A stretch of 61,406 bases of DNA, counting the filler, from Nemertoderma westbladi (lineage: Eukaryota > Animalia > Xenacoelomorpha), in NCBI GenBank assembly GCA_032718475.1. It is 3 parts of 3 records of this genome, joined end to end, with 100 filler letters (N's around TTAATTAATTAA, not from the genome) between each part and the next. Parts side by side here need not be neighbours in the genome. Positions count along the whole stretch, not along the records: positions 23,995 to 48,702 come from JAUCBJ010002495.1; positions 48,803 to 61,406 come from JAUCBJ010000333.1; 1 more part is not named here. One strand, 5' to 3'. Both the position numbers and the translations under genes were made by a program. A model generated the notes under the pieces. The model saw only the letters and a list, made by a program, of their open reading frames with translations. It made no database searches and was not told where the DNA came from. How positions within the stretch are numbered: the stretch's first letter is position 1; each line of letters begins with the position of its first letter. Of this stretch, positions 39,149 through 51,690 are shown piece by piece.

Positions 39149-39510
39149 AAGATGGACAAGATAATATTTGATAAAGGTTTTCTGCGTTAGACCCTCAGAA
39201 TTCACAAAAACACAAATAAAGCAATCGCAATAAAGGGGCATTATTGGTGCACAGACGATTATGTCAACCTTGCGCCGTTGTGCGGGTCACAACATGTCGG
39301 TTCTGCTGCCTCGCACCTTTCCAAGAAGAACTTGTGAACGCAGGACCAAGTTCAAATCCCTGGTTTGTAAAATTTGCCCATCGTTCAGATCTATGTTCCT
39401 TGTAAGCGTTAATGGCTTAAGAGTTAAACATTAAGGGGTATTTGTCGAAGAGGTCTTCCACGAATGACTTATATAGCCTTTAAGGCCATTGTTGATGATG
39501 CAGTCTTATG

Positions 39511-39812
39511 TAACTCGAACTCTAGAGGTGTTGCGAACTCGAACTCTGGAGGTGTTACGAACTCGAACTCTGCAGGTGTTGCTAACTCGAACTCTGGAGA
39601 TGTTGATAACTCGAACTGTGGGGGTGTTGCTAACTCGAACTCTGGAGGTGTTGCTAACTCAAACTCTGGAGATGTTGCTAACTCGAACTCTGGGGGTGTT
39701 GCTAATTCGCACTCTGGAGGTGTTGCGAAATCGAACTCTGGAGGTGTTGCTAACTCGAACTCTGGAGATGTTGCTAACTCGAACTCTGGAGGTGTTGCAA
39801 CTCGAGCTCTGG
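39511..39812. repeat. 24-bp minisatellite (AACTCGAACTCTGGAGGTGTTGCT)n
   Basis: About 12 copies. Confidence 0.92.
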
Positions 39813-40212
39813 ATGTGTTACATTGCGGTGCCGGCCGGCAATGGTTCCTAGAGGCGTGCCGATGTGTGCAGGTATGTATTTTTGATTATGATGGAATTAA
39901 GTGTTATCGAATTTTCACTCTAGTTGAATCTCAATCTCGCTCAAAAGACGCTCAATCTCTAATATATTGAACATGTTGTATTATTCCGCTGAAGGCGCAC
40001 AGCACAGACTTACAGTTTCAACCAGAGAAGAAGTCATTATTTATGACGCAAGTCCAATCCTATACCGCCACAGTAAGTCATCAGCGAAACGATACAATAT
40101 AATTAAAATATAATCGCTATTATATTAACATAATGCCTGAGGCCTTTTGCGTTAATGTAAAACACAAGATTGAATGAGCTACTATGGAAAAATGAGAATA
40201 AATGTACCAAGA

Positions 40213-40631
40213 AGGTACGATATGCACTGCAGAGCAAGAATCGCGTACACCAACCAATCCAGGTACGATATGCACTGCAGAGCAAGAATCGCGTACACCA
40301 ACCGATCCAGGTACGATATGCACTGCAGAGCAAGAATCGCGTACACCAACCGATCCAGGTACGATATGCACTGCAGAGCAAGAATCGCGTACACCAACCG
40401 ATCCAGGTACGATATGCACTGCAGAGCAAGAATCGCGTACACCAACCGATCCAGGTACGATATGCACTGCAGAGCAAGAATCGCGTACACCAACCGATCC
40501 AGGTACGATATGCACTGCAGAGCAAGAATCGCGTACACCAACCGATCCAGGTACGATATGCACTGCAGAGCAAGAATCGCGTACACCAACCGATCCAGGT
40601 ACGATATGCACTGCAGAGCAAGAATCGTGTA
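40213..40631. repeat. 48-bp minisatellite (CCAGGTACGATATGCACTGCAGAGCAAGAATCGCGTACACCAACCGAT)n
   Basis: About 8.7 near-identical copies; stop-free in all six frames. Confidence 0.95.
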
Positions 40632-41387
40632 CAAAGTAGAAAACCACATGGAAGGAGAAACATAGTATTCAACTGTCATTGAAACCTGTTGAATTATGTA
40701 AAGGTTATGTAATGTGTAGCGACTACCCCCTTACCTTCAAGGCCGCTGTAATAAATGTCACCAAGGACGTACTAGGTGGCTGATGGACTTCTCGGTGAGA
40801 CAACCTTGAGGGTGTTTGTTATACCTACTCTAAAGTAACATTATCCAGCTGGCTTTCCAGCAACCAATAAGGTTATTATTAATTGGCGAATGAATGTCAG
40901 CGTGAATGAATCCGTCGCTGGGTTCCGCTTGACGCTACCTTGGGTGTAACACGCGGCTTCCATTATTCGCATCACTAAGTACAGATGCAAGAATATAGAA
41001 TGACATTCTAAATTAACATGTTTAACAGGACAGCAGATGTAAAGGCTATACCAACTCATAAATTTATATTAAGTATCTTAATAAGATTGACATTAATTAT
41101 TGAAGATGAGAGAACGGGACCAAACATAACTAATATGTAAAGACAATGCGCGCGCATATTTTGGTAAGTTCATGTCACAAACAGCTGAATGTTGAATTGA
41201 AAACTTACAGCAACTACCAGAAATTTTGAGTAGCATTAGGGTGAATCAAATTATTTGGTGAAATAAATTACGAAAATAAGATAGATATTACATATGACGT
41301 TTGGTTTTATATTTTGGCATTATGTTCAAGTTATAGTTTATTGCACGCACTAATTAATACGATAGTGATTTTAATAAAAATAATATT

Positions 41388-42683
41388 TTACAAAGATTTA
41401 TAATTAGCTAAAATTTGTTCGTTTGTCGCAAAAGAATTAACGAATTCTTCTTCCTCTAGGCCGTAAGCGATGTACTGATGTATGAATGCCTTGGCGCAGA
41501 ACATGTTCCACGCCCTGCCTATAACGTTGTCCAGAGAGCGAACCGGGGCCTGGCTGTTAGAGAGAACGCATGTGGTCTTATCGTAGCCGCACAGTCTACG
41601 GGACGAGGTCCATAGAGTTAGTCTAGCATCGGGTCGCACCCAACCGGGATACAGACGGGTCTCCGTGAAGGGAGAGGAGTCGAAGGAACTGACCTCGCGT
41701 CCACGAGCAACCAGAAGGTTGCTAAGGGAACGAATGTAACAACCACTGGAGGACCAATCCATACCCTCGTCCAGAGAGGAGTTGACCAACACCATCTGAC
41801 GAAGGTGTTTGACGAGACTGTTCCAGGTGTCTGTAGCGTAACGTATAGTGTCTTCGGCAGTCTGAGGGATGCATCTAATGGTGAGGAGTTTGTAGGAGGG
41901 ATGGGGAGTAAGGGATCGACATAGCTGGGGGATTCCTGTGTTGGGAGTCCCTAGACAAGGTTGGAGAACCGACGCCAGGTGATGGCAGATAACACGGTTT
42001 ATTTGCGAGAGGGAGGCGTGTTTCAGATAGAGTCGCTTGCGACACACATCGTACAGCTGAGCATTATCTGCCGCAAGGATGGCGTCAGCGTGTTCGTACA
42101 TGTGCGAGAGAGTTAGCAAGGCGTTATAGTTCTGTACAATTACCTCACCGGAAGAAAAGGGCCAAGTGACTTGGTTCAGTATGAAACTAGCTGGGTACTC
42201 CTCGCGAAGCCACTCGGTCAGTCGGGTTCCCAGCCCGGAACCGGTCCCCCCTGCGAGACTCAGCAGCACGAGGAACGCAACCACGTTGTCGCAACGTTCC
42301 GCTTGGCGGCGTACACGTTCCATAGCGTCGACTCGGCACTGCGGACCCCGTTCCATGTAGCCCAGGGCCCAGTTGTTACCGGAACCACGACATTGGGTCA
42401 ACACCGACTTCGGGTCGTATCGCCACACGCCGGAAACCCGCGCAGCTGAGACCGTCTGCGCGACAGCCTTCCGCTCCATGTCGAGCAGTACGGCCCGCGC
42501 GGTGGGAACGCCGCGTTCCTCTCCCGCGTCGAAGTATCGGTAGAGAACGTCCTGCTTGAACGATTCGTTCTCTGCCGCGCTACAACCATGCGGCCTAGAC
42601 GAACAGTCACGCATGAGGGTGGAGAACATCTCCCTACCTATCTGATTCCCGCATTGACCCACTTGAATAGACACAACAGACAT
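41388..42683 (-). CDS. TUBD1: Tubulin delta chain (intronless)
   Basis: MSVVSIQVGQCGNQIG start (ATG at 42683), ARAVLLDME, GSGNNWALG, SLAGGTGSGLG, GEVIVQNYNALLTL, AWNMF…AFIHQY..YG. It lacks an acidic tail, as delta-tubulin does. Confidence 0.95.
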   Translation of the reverse strand: MSVVSIQVGQCGNQIGREMFSTLMRDCSSRPHGCSAAENESFKQDVLYRYFDAGEERGVPTARAVLLDMERKAVAQTVSAARVSGVWRYDPKSVLTQCRGSGNNWALGYMERGPQCRVDAMERVRRQAERCDNVVAFLVLLSLAGGTGSGLGTRLTEWLREEYPASFILNQVTWPFSSGEVIVQNYNALLTLSHMYEHADAILAADNAQLYDVCRKRLYLKHASLSQINRVICHHLASVLQPCLGTPNTGIPQLCRSLTPHPSYKLLTIRCIPQTAEDTIRYATDTWNSLVKHLRQMVLVNSSLDEGMDWSSSGCYIRSLSNLLVARGREVSSFDSSPFTETRLYPGWVRPDARLTLWTSSRRLCGYDKTTCVLSNSQAPVRSLDNVIGRAWNMFCAKAFIHQYIAYGLEEEEFVNSFATNEQILANYKSL

Positions 42684-43439
42684 AATATAATAATGTAACA
42701 AATCATACATGTAACAAAACAATTTTTAATGTTTAATAGTTTAAGGCATAGAAAGCTAAACTGCTTGTGGTACCCATATAAGGGGCCCATGTGAAGAATA
42801 CCAGACTTTCTGCCGTTATATTTCACTTTGCAGTTACCCCCATGTGAAGAATACCAGGTTTTCACCAAAAACACAGGTTACAGAAGGGCTGAATCTAACC
42901 AAAACAATAAACGAATTAGTATCTATGCAGGTTATAAGACAGAAAGAAATAAGCGCTATAAAACACTTTAAAAAGATAAATAAAAAAAATAAAAAATCTT
43001 CATATATAAAATTCCACTAAAAAGTCGACCGAAAAGTGAAATCCTGGTATTCTTCACATGGGCGATATAAGGGATAACAGAAATAATGAAAACAATAATT
43101 AAGCTGCATTTTAAATAGATTGAAAGTAGGCCTAAGCTTGAACTTGTTTATTGGCGCCAAATGATAGATAAAATACAAATATATGTTACATACATACAAC
43201 AAGAACAACACTAAAAAAATAGTTTAAAATACCAGTCACCAAATTAGCAGGCCTAACGTACGATATTTATACATTTACACAAGAATTACACATTAAACTA
43301 TACAGGTAGTGCAATCTATAAGTAGATTGGAAGTTTGGATGGGTAATTTCTGTCAGACTAGTGTCTTAGGTTAGGGTTACAAAATTTTAATTAGGGTTGA
43401 TAAATTAATTAAATTTAGTTATTAAATAAAAACAAATGA

Positions 43440-44160
43440 TGGTTGTGGTAGTTGTGGCCGATTAAAATAGTATATTTAAGGGACTCAATTAGGTGTATAA
43501 AGAAACTTCCTCGGCACGCATTTGTCTAAATAATGATCTTTTAATTTATGTTTGAATGTTTCCAGATTTACAGATCTTGTAATCGCGGCTGGGATCTCGT
43601 TCCATAGTGTTGGGCCCATATATGAGAAGGCGAGTTGTCCGTGTTTCGTGTTCTTGTTTGGAATTATCGCCTTCCGGTGGGCGCGACGCACATTCGTTGT
43701 CCCGCTCTCCCCCGAGAAGTTGATGAGGTCACGCAAGTATGACGGCCCATTGCCATTGCAAATTTTGTACATGTGCGATAGTACAACGGACTCACATTGT
43801 TCTTTTAGCGGAAGCCAGTTCAATGTAGCAAATTCTGCTGCACCGATATGAGTCCGTGGACCCAAAACGAGGCAGTAACGAACGCATTTACGTTGGAGGG
43901 ACTCAAGCTGGACCCGCTTACGGTGCGCAATCGAGAAGAACCAGCAACTTGCTGCGTAATCCATATGTGGCTGTATGAATGCCATACATAGAATGCGCCG
44001 AGTGCGGGGATCGAGGACAGCCCCTTGACGGTGAAGGAATTTCAGTCGGCTGTTTCCTTTTTTTATTATTGCAGTTACCATACTGTCACCGGGGAGTGTT
44101 TCATCGAGTTCAGAGCCCATGTACGTTACTAGGGGAAGGACCGTTCCATTGCACGTTACC
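43440..44160 (-). mobile_element. 3' fragment of a CR1/L2-group LINE
   Basis: KGNSRLKFLHR…FIQPHMDYA…LNWLP…AFSYMGPTLWNEIP…FKHKLK, a typical C-terminus. Confidence 0.8.
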
Positions 44161-44429
44161 GACCCTCTCGCAAGCCGCTGATGTGCCTACTACGCTGATG
44201 AGCTACTGTGCCTAAGGCCTGTCTGCACTACTGTCTGCACCACTGCCTGCACCACTGTCTACACCACTGTCTGCATCACTGTCTACATCACTGTCTGTCT
44301 GCACCATTGTCTGCATCACTGTCTGTCTGCACCACTGTCTGCTTAACGTTTATACCCATTATAAAACTATTCGGTTATATCTCATAAAACAAAAAATCAC
44401 ATAAAACGGTTATATTTAAGGTGGGAATT

Positions 44430-45060
44430 AAAATCAATTGTTAAAATATTTGTTTCAAAAGTTTCTAAAGAAGCAGACGCGACGACACTTTCTGGTAATG
44501 AGTTCCATATCTGCACCACACGATGGCAAAATGTGTTTTGAATAGCTACGGATATGCACGGTACCTGACTGCCTGATGCAATTTAAAACGATGGACATAA
44601 TAGGTTGAAAAATATCAGTGATACGGATATTTACTAAGCCACTGAAAATTTTACATACAAGGATCCTATCAAAATGTATGCGACGTAATTCAGTGGATCC
44701 AGATTTAGGTGCTGTAACCTACTGGGGTACGAAGTACTTGAATCAAGAGAGCAACGCTGAAATAAGCACCTAGTAAAATACCTCTGCACTGCTGCACTGA
44801 TTATATTTTATCGCACAAGCCTATGAAAGGCCGACAATTTCTAAACGGGTTCCATACTATTGCGTATTCGATAATCGGTCTTGCATAAACTTTGTATGCC
44901 AACAGTATTGCACTTATATCATTTATGGAAAAACATTTAAATAATATATTAATGGTATTATAGCATTTAGAAACAATGTTTAAAATATGAGCTTGAAAAT
45001 ATAACCTTGTGTCCATTTCAACACCAAGGTCAACATGAGAACATACGTTACCTAGTATAT
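44430..45060 (-). mobile_element. Degenerate CR1-like LINE 3' fragment
   Basis: DLGV.MD..L.F..HI…LAYKVYARPIIEYA.VWNP, then QRYFTR and F..RVVQIWNSLPE in shifted frames. Confidence 0.7.
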
Positions 45061-45532
45061 TTAGACCACTATTATATTCCGCACTTCCTATCCTATCCTA
45101 TGTATCCTATTGAATATGTGTATGTCTGTATGTCTGTATGTGTAGTCTAATATAAAAACCGCATAATTATGGAAAGTAAAATTACCAAGAAAAGCAAGAA
45201 TTAAAAGGTTCGAACACGCTAAAATTGGATAAAAATTAAAAGTTAGTTCTGGACAAAAGTGCTACCGGTACTACAACCAATGAGACGAGATTGAACAATA
45301 AATACAAAACATAAAAATTTAAATGAAATAAAAAGAATTGAAATGAAAAAAGAAATACAAATGCATAATAGCAACGAAGTCTGTAGAATGGAATATAGCA
45401 GCATTGGTGCTACTACATCTGTACATACTGACATAGCTCTTACAGTCTTACGGTACACTACAAGGTACAGCGCAGGCGCTGGGTTAGTCGTGGTAGTTTG
45501 TTTATGTCAGTACCGGTATGTAGTACATTTAT

Positions 45533-45644
45533 ATCAAGGCCTACTAAAAGACAGGCCGTGAAGCCGATCTCTAGGCCCTGAAATTTTTTAACAGTGTCAC
45601 TGCTAGCAGTAGGCTTCACGGCCTGTCTTCTAGTAGGCCTTGAT
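45533..45644. mobile_element. Short fold-back (MITE-like) element with ~33-bp TIRs
   Basis: ATCAAGGCCTACTAAAAGACAGGCCGTGAAGCC … GGCTTCACGGCCTGTCTTCTAGTAGGCCTTGAT (one mismatch). Confidence 0.65.
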
Positions 45645-46142
45645 TTATATACACTTATATACAGTATAAGTATAGCTCAGTACGGTATTATTCGCAGCGG
45701 TATTTAAATTTCCCACCATAAATGACACATACTATTGAGCCTTTTCTCAATTAATTTCAGTCAATTCAGGATATCTTGTGTCCAGAGTAGACAGGTAGGG
45801 AAACTGGACGCAAATCCCATCTTGGCGAATTAATATCCCGCCACCATGTTAAATTCTCAATTTAGGGAAAGGAGCAGGTTACAGTGGCACGTTATTTTAA
45901 CCAAAACAATAAACTAAACACAATAGAACTGGTTACAGTTTTATTTTTGAGAATAATCAGCTGTTATTTGCGTCGAATTTCCCCTGGAGAGGGATGCATT
46001 TTTATTGTGTCGAAAGTCCCCCCCCCCCCCCCCCCCCCTATGTCTTTCTTAAACGTCATGACTAATATTCGAAAAAGCAGATGACACAACAGATCAATAA
46101 GGATTGTAAATTCTTTATTTTCCGTTTTAAGAGTGATGCATT

Positions 46143-46333
46143 AATGGAAGAATCTTTTAGGCTCGTTAGGCCAAGGAATGCCTGTTCATCTTCCATAGTA
46201 AACTCTCCCACTCCGTTTCCCAAGCTGCCTTGGTTCCCATTTATCGACCAATCAAGGATGAACGCCTGGGTTGGGATAGGCTGTGCAGCAATTTAAGCAC
46301 TGTGCCCAAATAGTGCTGCCACCATCTAGGGAA
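46143..46333 (+). repeat. ~200-bp dispersed retroposon-like repeat (copy A)
   Basis: Homologous to the reverse complement of 58819-59020 (TTTAGGCTCGTTA.GCCAAGGAATG…GCACTGTGCCCAAA…CCATCTAGGGA). Confidence 0.7.
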
Positions 46334-46529
46334 CGTACCTGGGCTTCCTAATCGGAAGCCCAGGTATGTCACTGCTGCTTTACGTGAGTAATTAATGAGT
46401 GAAGGATAGGTGAGAGTAAGTGATGGATTACGTAATAAACTGATTTTAATTATTTATTGAATTTTTTTTAATTTTTTAAAGAGATTACAAAAAGTTTTTA
46501 AAGTGGTTTTCATTATGCTATTGGAAAAC

Positions 46530-48690
46530 TAGCTGAGTGTTGTCCTACTGCTGTCCTAGAATAAATAACTAGTTGAGTGTTGTAGATCTGCTATCCTATC
46601 AGTATACAGTAGAATAAATAACTAGTTGAGTGTTGTAGAGCTGCTATCCTATCAGTATACCGTAGAATAAATAACTAGTTGAGTGTTGTAGAGCTGCTAT
46701 CAGTATACAGTAGAATAAATAACTAGTTGAGTGTTGTAGAGCTGCTATCAGTATACCGTAGAATAAATAACTAGTTGAGTGTTGTAGAGCTGCAATCAGT
46801 ATACAGTAGAATAAATAACTAGTTGAGTGTTGTAGAGCTGCTATCAGTATACAGTAGAATAAATAACTAGTTGAGTGTTGTAGAGCTGCTATCCTATCAG
46901 TATACAGTAGAATAAATAACTAGTTGAGTGTTGTAGAACTGCTATCAGTATACAGTAGAATAAATAACTAGTTGAGTGTTGTAGAGCTGCTATCAGTATA
47001 CAGTAGAATAAATAACTAGTTGAGTGTTGTAGAGCTGCTATCCTATCAGTATACCGTAGAATAAATAACTAGTTGAGTGTTGTAGAGCTGCTATCAGTAT
47101 ACAGTAGAATAAATAACTAGTTGAGTGTTGTAGAACTGCTATCAGTATACAGTAGAATAAATAACTAGTTGAGTCTTGTAGAGCTGCTATCAGTATACAG
47201 TAGAATAAATAACTAGTTGAGTGTTGTAGAGCTGCAATCAGTATACAGTAGAATAAATAACTAGTTGAGTGTTGTAGAGCTGCTATCAGTATACAGTAGA
47301 ATAAATAACTAGTTGAGTGTTGTAGATCTGCTATCAGTATACAGTAGAATAAATAACTAGTTGAGTGTTGTAGAGCTACTATCAGTATACAGTAGAATAA
47401 ATAACTAGTTGAGTGTTGTAGAGCTGCTATCAGTATACAGTAGAATAAATAACTAGTTGAGTGTTGTAGAGCTGCTATCAGTATACAGTAGAATAAATAA
47501 CTAGTTGAGTGTTGTAGAGCTGCTATCAGTATACAGTAGAATAAATAACTAGTTGAGTGTTGTAGAGCTGCTATCAGTATACAGTAGAATAAATAACTAG
47601 TTGAGTGTTGTAGAGCTGCTATCAGTATACAGTAGAATAAATAACTAGTTGAGTGTTGTAGAGCTGCTATCCTATCAGTATACAGTAGAATAAATAACTA
47701 GTTGAGTGTTGTAGAACTGCTATCAGTATACAGTAGAATAAATAACTAGTTGAGTGTTGTAGAGCTGCAATCAGTATACAGTAGAATAAATAACTAGTTG
47801 AGTGTTGTAGAGCTGCTATCCTATCAGTATACAGTAGAATAAATAACTAGTTGAGTGTTGTAGATCTGCAATCAGTATACAGTAGAATAAATAACTAGTT
47901 GAGTGTTGTAGAGCTGCAATCAGTATACAGTAGAATAAATAACTAGTTGAGTGTTGTAGAGCTGCACCATCAGTATACAGTAGAATAAATAACTAGGTGA
48001 GTGTTGTAGAGCTGCTATCAGTATACAGTAGAATAAATAACTAGTTGAGTGTTGTAGAGCTGCTATCAGTATACAGTAGAATAAATAACTATAGTTGAGT
48101 GTTGTAGAGCTGCTTCCTATCAGTATACAGTAGAATAAATAACTAGTTGAGTGTTGTAGAGCTGCTATCCTATCAGTATACAGTAGAATAAATAACTAGT
48201 TGAGTGTTGTAGAGCTGCTATCAGTATACAGTAGAATAAATAACTAGTTGAGTGTTGTAGAGCTGCTATCAGTATACAGTAGAATAAATAACTAGTTGAG
48301 TGTTGTAGAGCTGCTATCCTATCAGTATACAGTAGAATAAATAACTAGTTGAGTGTTGTAGAGCTGCTATCAGTATACAGTAGAATAAATAACTAGTTGA
48401 GTGTTGTAGAGCTGCTATCAGTATACAGTAGAACAAATAACTAGTTGAGTGTTGTAGAACTGCTATCAGTATACAGTAGAATAAATAACTAGTTGAGTGT
48501 TGTAGAGCTGCTATCAGTATACAATAGAATAAATAACTAGTTGAGTGTTGTAGAGCTGCTATCAGTATACAGTAGAATAAATAACTAGTTGAGTGTTGTA
48601 GAGCTGCTATCCTATCAGTATACAGTAGAATAAATAACTAGTTGAGTGTTGTAGAGCTGCTATCAGTATACAGTAGAATAAATAACTAGG
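46530..48690. repeat. 48/53-bp minisatellite (TAGAATAAATAACTAGTTGAGTGTTGTAGAGCTGCTATC[CTATC]AGTATACAG)n, about 43 copies
   Basis: Direct periodicity, ending next to the gap. Confidence 0.97.
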
Positions 48691-48702
48691 TGGGATAAAT
48701 AT

Positions 48703-48802
48703 NNNNNNNNNNNNNNNNNNNNNNNNNNNNNNNNNNNNNNNNNNNNTTAATTAATTAANNNNNNNNNNNNNNNNNNNNNNNNNNNNNNNNNNNNNNNNNN
48801 NN
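48703..48802. other. Scaffold gap with an artificial TTAATTAATTAA linker
   Basis: N-run, linker, N-run. Confidence 0.98.
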
Positions 48803-48949
48803 TACACATACAGAGGAAATAGGTCTTAGATCCTCTAAAAACACCGATACAGCAATAATACGGTCTCTTACACTTATTAAATCAACTACAGAGTATTTTA
48901 CTGTAAAAGATAATAAAAATAACGGGGCAATTCAGCAAAGGCTTTTACA
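48803..48949. mobile_element. Probable LTR end, homologous to 147-284
   Basis: Shared blocks ending GCTTTTACA; the remainder is lost in the gap. Confidence 0.5.
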
Positions 48950-49726
48950 ACTTATTTTAATTCGAATTTCAACAACATTACTTCCGGATTAATTTCACCG
49001 GAGCCGGAAAATTGGCCCTGAGCTCTGTTGCATCCATAGTATCACCCCATCCGACCCCGCCATCATTGTAGCAACTTGCTCAACACTAAGTGAAGGTGTT
49101 CTTGGATATTTGTCAATTATTTATATTTAAATTATAACAACTGAAGGATCCAAACATAATAAATAACAATAATCTCAAAGGGATGTTAGGTCTGCGTCTC
49201 CTCGACATCGGTCACTAATTTCCCCGGTGTATAAAAGTAATAGGGTTGGTGCGCGAAAAAATTGTTGGGCTAGACGCAAATCGAATAAGGGGTAACAAGG
49301 TGCCCTGAATCGAGTGGCGGGTTGTCTAAAAAAACGGTCGAAATGGCGGGTTTAAGTAAGCGCGGGAGGCCAATTTTGAAAATCTGCTGTGATTGGCTGC
49401 TACATATATGACGTCACTACAAAGTGATCTGATAATTGATTATCTTGGTTTCTATGGACGGTGATTTTCTATCCTTCAAATACACATTAATTGATTACCA
49501 AATGAAAGGAAGAAATTAAATGTAATAATTATATTTATTTAATGTTTTACTAATGTTTACCGCGGGCGGGGGGGGGGGGGGGGGGGGGGGTATCCTTAAT
49601 TAAAAAAGGATAAGTTTATGTTTATAAATTCAACAACATTCAAATTATAAAGAACTGAGATCCATTGTTTATTGCAATATTAATGTAGCCTTTTGTGGAT
49701 TAATAAAAATACAAAAATCGACACAA

Positions 49727-51094
49727 TCAATCAGTCAACTTCATACGTTTCGCATCGCGCACATTACAAAGAATATTAGTTGACAGTTGCATTGTAAGGC
49801 AATACATGTGTTTGTTTGGGGCGACGTTTCGTACACGATGAAACCGAGCTAGTCTGGTGTCCGCCTCAGTGCACCCTAGACTGGTCGAAACTCGACGAAT
49901 TATATCTCCTTGGGGATTCTCTAAATCTTTGGTAAAGACGTAGCAATGGATAATAACCTCTAAGCGGTTGCAAAAGTCAAAGTCGTCTTCGGATAAAACG
50001 CTCGGAAAGCAGTCGAGAAAATCAACAGCAGAATCAGGTAGATTCATTATAATATGAACCCGAGTAACTGGTTTATCGAAAGGGAATTCCGTAGGATTAT
50101 CTTTAATATCAGAAATTAACGAGATTAAAGTTGAAATTATAAACATCCGCCCATCCAGATTAAAACACAAATACCTTTCGCTATCCACTTTATTGAGTTT
50201 AAAGTTGTGACGCAGCCATCTGTATGACTCCGGGTTGAGGTCGTTCGAGTAAACTTTACAACGACGACGTTTAGCTATGGGGACGGAAAAAGGGCCGATT
50301 CCTGCGAAAACATCCACGACTATATCCCCATCGCCGACCCCGAGTAACAGCCGATGGTGTTCGGTAGACAGTCGGGAATTCCAATAAACTTTACTGAAAT
50401 CCAACGCGAATCTAAAGGAGTGCTCTCTGTGCTCGGTTATGTAATTATCTTCCCCGGCTAGGATCTCCATATTGAAAGTCCTAAACTGGTTGTCGATAGT
50501 TAAGAGTTTGTTAACCACAGTGCGAATGTGTCGGTTCTTGTCCAGCATAATTTCCGCGATTATTTTTTTGTAGGGTAGTAACTCGTCGTTGAGGTTTAGA
50601 TGGAGAATGTGGCCGACCTCCGCGAAACCAGTAGGAACCGGCAGGTTGTCTGGCAGGACGGCGCGAAGTAGATTGGGAGACGGCCAGTTATCGTAAGTGA
50701 TACTCAGGTTAAACGGTACAACATCGCAGTCGATATCGCGTTGGGTTAACGACCTCTTGATGTCGTCAGGTAGATCACCCCGACAGCTGAAGTCCAACAG
50801 GTAATGGAGGTGGGTTGGATGGGATGCCGTATCCAATGGTTGCTGGTACGTCGATATTCCAGTTAGTTTCAGTTTCAAGTTTAACGATTTCCCTTTTAGT
50901 ATAGAAGTTACTACAGGTAGTTTAGTTTTGGGTATAACAATTGAAGGCACCGATATGTTTCGAGAGAAATCTTGGCGACTTAGTACTTTGGTTCCTTTAA
51001 CGTGAGCCGGAGCGACAAAGAGTTGGTCCATCTTTGGAATCTTCGCGAATACAATATTAGACAGCCAATGACTTAGTCGGTGTGCAAATATCAT
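49727..51094 (-). CDS. TRMT5: tRNA (guanine(37)-N1)-methyltransferase Trm5 (intronless)
   Basis: GHILHLNL, VVNK…IDNQFRTF.MEILAG, DFSKVYWNSRLSTEH, DVFAGIGPF, NDLNP, IMNLP, RNVAPNK.MYC. Confidence 0.95.
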   Translation of the reverse strand: MIFAHRLSHWLSNIVFAKIPKMDQLFVAPAHVKGTKVLSRQDFSRNISVPSIVIPKTKLPVVTSILKGKSLNLKLKLTGISTYQQPLDTASHPTHLHYLLDFSCRGDLPDDIKRSLTQRDIDCDVVPFNLSITYDNWPSPNLLRAVLPDNLPVPTGFAEVGHILHLNLNDELLPYKKIIAEIMLDKNRHIRTVVNKLLTIDNQFRTFNMEILAGEDNYITEHREHSFRFALDFSKVYWNSRLSTEHHRLLLGVGDGDIVVDVFAGIGPFSVPIAKRRRCKVYSNDLNPESYRWLRHNFKLNKVDSERYLCFNLDGRMFIISTLISLISDIKDNPTEFPFDKPVTRVHIIMNLPDSAVDFLDCFPSVLSEDDFDFCNRLEVIIHCYVFTKDLENPQGDIIRRVSTSLGCTEADTRLARFHRVRNVAPNKHMYCLTMQLSTNILCNVRDAKRMKLTD

Positions 51095-51690
51095 ACCAGA
51101 GTAGCATTAATTAATATCAGAATACTTTATAGAGTTGGAGCACAATATATAGCTTAACTAACTTAATTAGCGAAGCAAATTCGATGTAATCGATATTATT
51201 TTATTATATTATTGAATGATAGAGCTAGAGAGTTAAGTGTATTTAAAAAATATTAATTAAATAATTACAGTCCTACCAATAGAGAGTACCAGGCAGAAAA
51301 GGGGACGTCGGAATGTGATTGGCCATTTAGGAAGGTGACAATAGAATGATTAAACACTATTGGTTGAATAGTACTAGTACTAGTAGGGTCGTATTGTTAA
51401 ACAATAACTAAACCTTCATACGATATGGACAATAAGTCGAAACCAATAGGGATCTAATGCTTCCAATTCAGAACAAACACTAAACTTATTAATAAACACA
51501 ACATAATTTATGATGAGTTATAAAAGTTAAGAATAATATATTATTAACTTTATTGGATCAATATCGATCCACTGCCAATAAACTATAGTATTAAAAAATA
51601 AACAGAGTTAAGTATAACTTGAAAAACGAGTTTCAAGAAAAAGTTGAAAAACTTAACTATTCGAATTAATTAAACAAATAAACTAGCAGT

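Noticed and set aside
40103-40682. ORFs in all six frames (similar repetitive ORFs at 39464-39970 and 55577-56368)
   Set aside because: These follow from stop-free tandem units whose length is a multiple of 3; there is no independent coding evidence.
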